Of a stretch of DNA of 64,000 nt, positions 61,392 through 64,000 are shown in pieces. The stretch's first letter is position 1. Every line of letters begins with the position of its first letter. The notes under the pieces are model-generated. The model saw only the letters and a program-made list of their open reading frames with translations. It had not been told where the DNA came from and ran no database searches. A program made the position numbers and the translations under genes. Source of the DNA: Lama glama (lineage: Eukaryota); assembly GCA_028534125.1 (NCBI GenBank), contig CM052817.1:35156001-35220000 (forward strand), given 5' to 3'.

Positions 61392-63075
61392 GTAATATGA
61401 TTTGAACTTATGTATTTAGCGTCCTTACTTTAACTTCCATTTTTCCTTTTTTTTGGTGATCTCTTGCCTCATTTTTCCATTCATAAATGCTGTCTTTATC
61501 CACTTCTTTAAATCCTTCAAAATGCAACCAGTGGTAGATGTTGGAGTGTCTGTTTCCATGGCGATGCAACTGCTGGAACTGAACCCAGCTCAGAAAAATA
61601 GCCACACTCCCGGCATGCCTGTGTTTGGAGTCTCAGGTATTGGTAGTTTTCCTCAATGTATCTTGTACTTCAAGACACTGGTAAGCCATTTAAAAAAAGA
61701 CATTCCAGAACACCTGAAGGTAAAGGGTCTCCTATTTAGAGATGCAAAATAAATAAATAAATAAATAAAAGAACTTCGCATTTCTCTCCTTGTCTGTATT
61801 TTTGGTTTTTAACATTGCACTGAAACCTGGACTTGGCCTGCAGGAGTCTAGGGAGCCCTGTGGAGATCACGTGCACCTTTTCCGAAGAGGCCAGTCCACT
61901 CTCATGAGGGTTTGTCACCTGCACTGGGGTCCAGGTGTCCTCCTGGGGATTGACAGATAGTCTGGGGACAGGTCCTGTCCCCAAGTCTTCTGAAGGGGGT
62001 GGCTCAAGACAATTCCACCACCTAGATGACGAAGAGGCCCCACGTGACTAACTAGAAGCAGAATGTTGCATTTGAATCTCAGCTTCAGTTCTATCTGTGT
62101 CTTCAATCTATCACATTTGGCTCTAACTCCTTTTACTCATGCATCCATTAGGGGATGGAAATAAATGTTTAATTCATTTCTCATCAACAGTAGTTCAGAA
62201 TTTGACACCTATTATAAAGATAACCATAAATAAATAAAGGCTTAGGAGACCTAAGCTTGGAATTATTTTTCCTTACCTCCATGCTTCTTGTCATAAATTA
62301 ATGTTTACTGAGCACTCATTTTGTTCCTGCAGCTAGCTGGGTCCTTTTACTTTGTGCATAAATAGGGAAGGTAATTGCAAAAAGCAAAGCCATCGGCTAA
62401 ACCCCAATGACCCTGCACTCACAGATGAACCTTGGCCTCAGTGGGTGCTGCACCTGTGTCTGAGCTGCCAAGAGCGCCCTCTGCTGCACAGTGCGTGGTG
62501 TTGCCAGGAGCCCTTGCCTCGCTGCTGGCCTATGAATTCTCTGTAGTTGCAGGCGTAGCTTCTTACCATCTGATTCAGTGTGGCTTCTGAGCCACAGTCC
62601 CTCTGACGTAACTAAATGTGCATAGTTGATCCGAGGTTGTGGTTTTTAAGTGACTACATCTGTATTATAGACCTGCAAGCATGGTGCAGTCCATCCTTTG
62701 AAGAATTGCCCCTCCCCTGTGTGTGGCACATTTCTGCCCTTCATGTCCTCACCCAGGCTTCCTCCTTTTCCCTTCTAGGTGAGCTTCAGTGCTTGGTAAC
62801 TTTGGAGTGATTGTGCAAAAACATTTTTGCTGCTTAGGAATTTTATGCCCTAGGCACAGAGGTTATACTTTATTGTTCCTCCATTCTTTCAACAAATTTT
62901 TATTGAGCACTTACCAAGTGAAATGTGCTACTTGGGCATAAAGAAGACTGATACAGATGTGAAAATGAAATATTCCCTGTCCTAAAGAGGCTAAGGTAGG
63001 AGCTGAGGAATGTACACACGATGTCTGAGGCAGTGGAAGGCACTTGAGTTCTTAGCATACAGATGAGCTAGTCCC

Positions 63076-63263
63076 GGGCACAGTAAACTGCTACCTATTT
63101 TAGACCTTGGGGCCACAGCGTTGCAACTACCAGACTCTCCTTTGTTCTGCGCTTCCTTTGTAGTGCAGAAGCAGCCAAGAACAATGTGTACCAGCAAAAC
63201 TTTCTTTACCCAAACAGGCTTTGGGCATGATTGGACCCTCTAGCTATGTCTTATTGACTCCTG
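63076..63263 (+). mobile_element. MER58A-like hAT fossil
   Basis: tattttagaccttggggccac...gttgcaactac...ttgtagtgcagaagcagcca...aaaactttctttac. Confidence 0.7.
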
Positions 63264-63486
63264 ATCTAATCTAACGCCCGTATCACTGAGAGGAGGAAAA
63301 CTAGTCCCTGAAAGATTAAATGGCCTTTACAAGTTAATACAAATTGTCACCAACAAAACAAATACTCAACGTCTTTTGATAAGCAGTGCTCATTTCACTA
63401 TGCCCGTGGGCGCCCCCTGCTGGCCAGCATCGCCTGGGTCGGTCCTGGCTGGGCAAGCTGACCGCGTATTTCCATCTCCACTGTAG

Positions 63487-63669
63487 GTTGCTCCAGTAAA
63501 ACCGTCTCGGCCAAAAAGGCACTTCTCTTCTGCTGGCACCATCGAAAGTGTCAACCTAGATGCCATCCCCCTGGCCATCGCTCGCCTGGACAACAGTGCC
63601 GCCAAGCACAAACTGTCCGTTAAGCCAAAAAACCAGAGGGTGTCAAAGAAGCACAGGCGACTTGTTGGG
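63487..63669 (+). CDS. CRACD: CRACD exon with DUF4592-type motif (VAPVKPSRPKRHFSSAGTIESVNLDAIPLAIARLDNSAAKHKLSVKPKNQRVSKKHRRLVG)
   Basis: ctgtAG acceptor, GGG|GTACGT donor, 183 nt, phase 0/0. Contains LDNSAAKHKLxVKPxNQR, shared by the CRACD/CRACDL/KIAA1210 family. The gene continues beyond the window. Confidence 0.97.
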
Positions 63670-64000
63670 GTACGTATGTCCTGGCTGCCCAGGAAGATGC
63701 CCTTGTTGGCTGGGCACTAATGCTGCCTAGCAGGGTGGTGCTGTGAGGAGCCTATGGGAGGAACAAGGTCTCTCCCTTCCAGGGATGTAGCCCTATTGCA
63801 GGGAACGAGGGTGAATGGTCCATTTCCTTCCCACTGCCCTTTCTGACTTGTCCTTCAGGGTCTGGTGGACCTCAGAGAGAGGGGCCTGCCTTCCCAGGGG
63901 CTCCAGACACTGCATTTGCTTTGCAGCAGACAGATGGCCCACTTTCTTCTGCCACAGCTTAGCCAAAGGTTCTTTGGTTTGATTAGAGCAGACTTCTGAG

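Noticed and set aside
1..64000. Prokaryotic-type systems (CRISPR array, operon, rRNA)
   Set aside because: The sequence is mammalian intron/exon DNA. No spaced repeat array or rRNA-like sequence was seen.

Overview
Mammalian genomic DNA, very probably camelid: it carries six copies of a tRNA-derived Vic-1-type SINE plus artiodactyl-type L1 3' ends. The window holds the 5' coding part of CRACD (KIAA1211, capping-protein-inhibiting regulator of actin dynamics) on the + strand. Four exons (51126-51261, 58753-58917, 61323-61391, 63487-63669) match the human N-terminus as I recall it, and the gene runs off the right edge. The codon equivalent to the human annotated start Met is TTG (Leu) here. The frame stays open upstream through a lysine-rich exon in a CpG island (32935-33106). 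It also splices in phase to a candidate ATG-bearing exon at 13870-13945, predicting an ~88-aa N-terminal extension that resembles the paralog CRACDL. The rest is intron rich in repeats: L1, HAL1, L2, MIR, MaLR, a decayed ERV-L with its MLT2 LTR, an ERV1-type solo LTR and Tigger/hAT fossils. Repeat names and homologies come from recall of consensus and protein sequences, not from a search, and repeat boundaries without TSDs are approximate. Almost all ORF-track entries are spurious.
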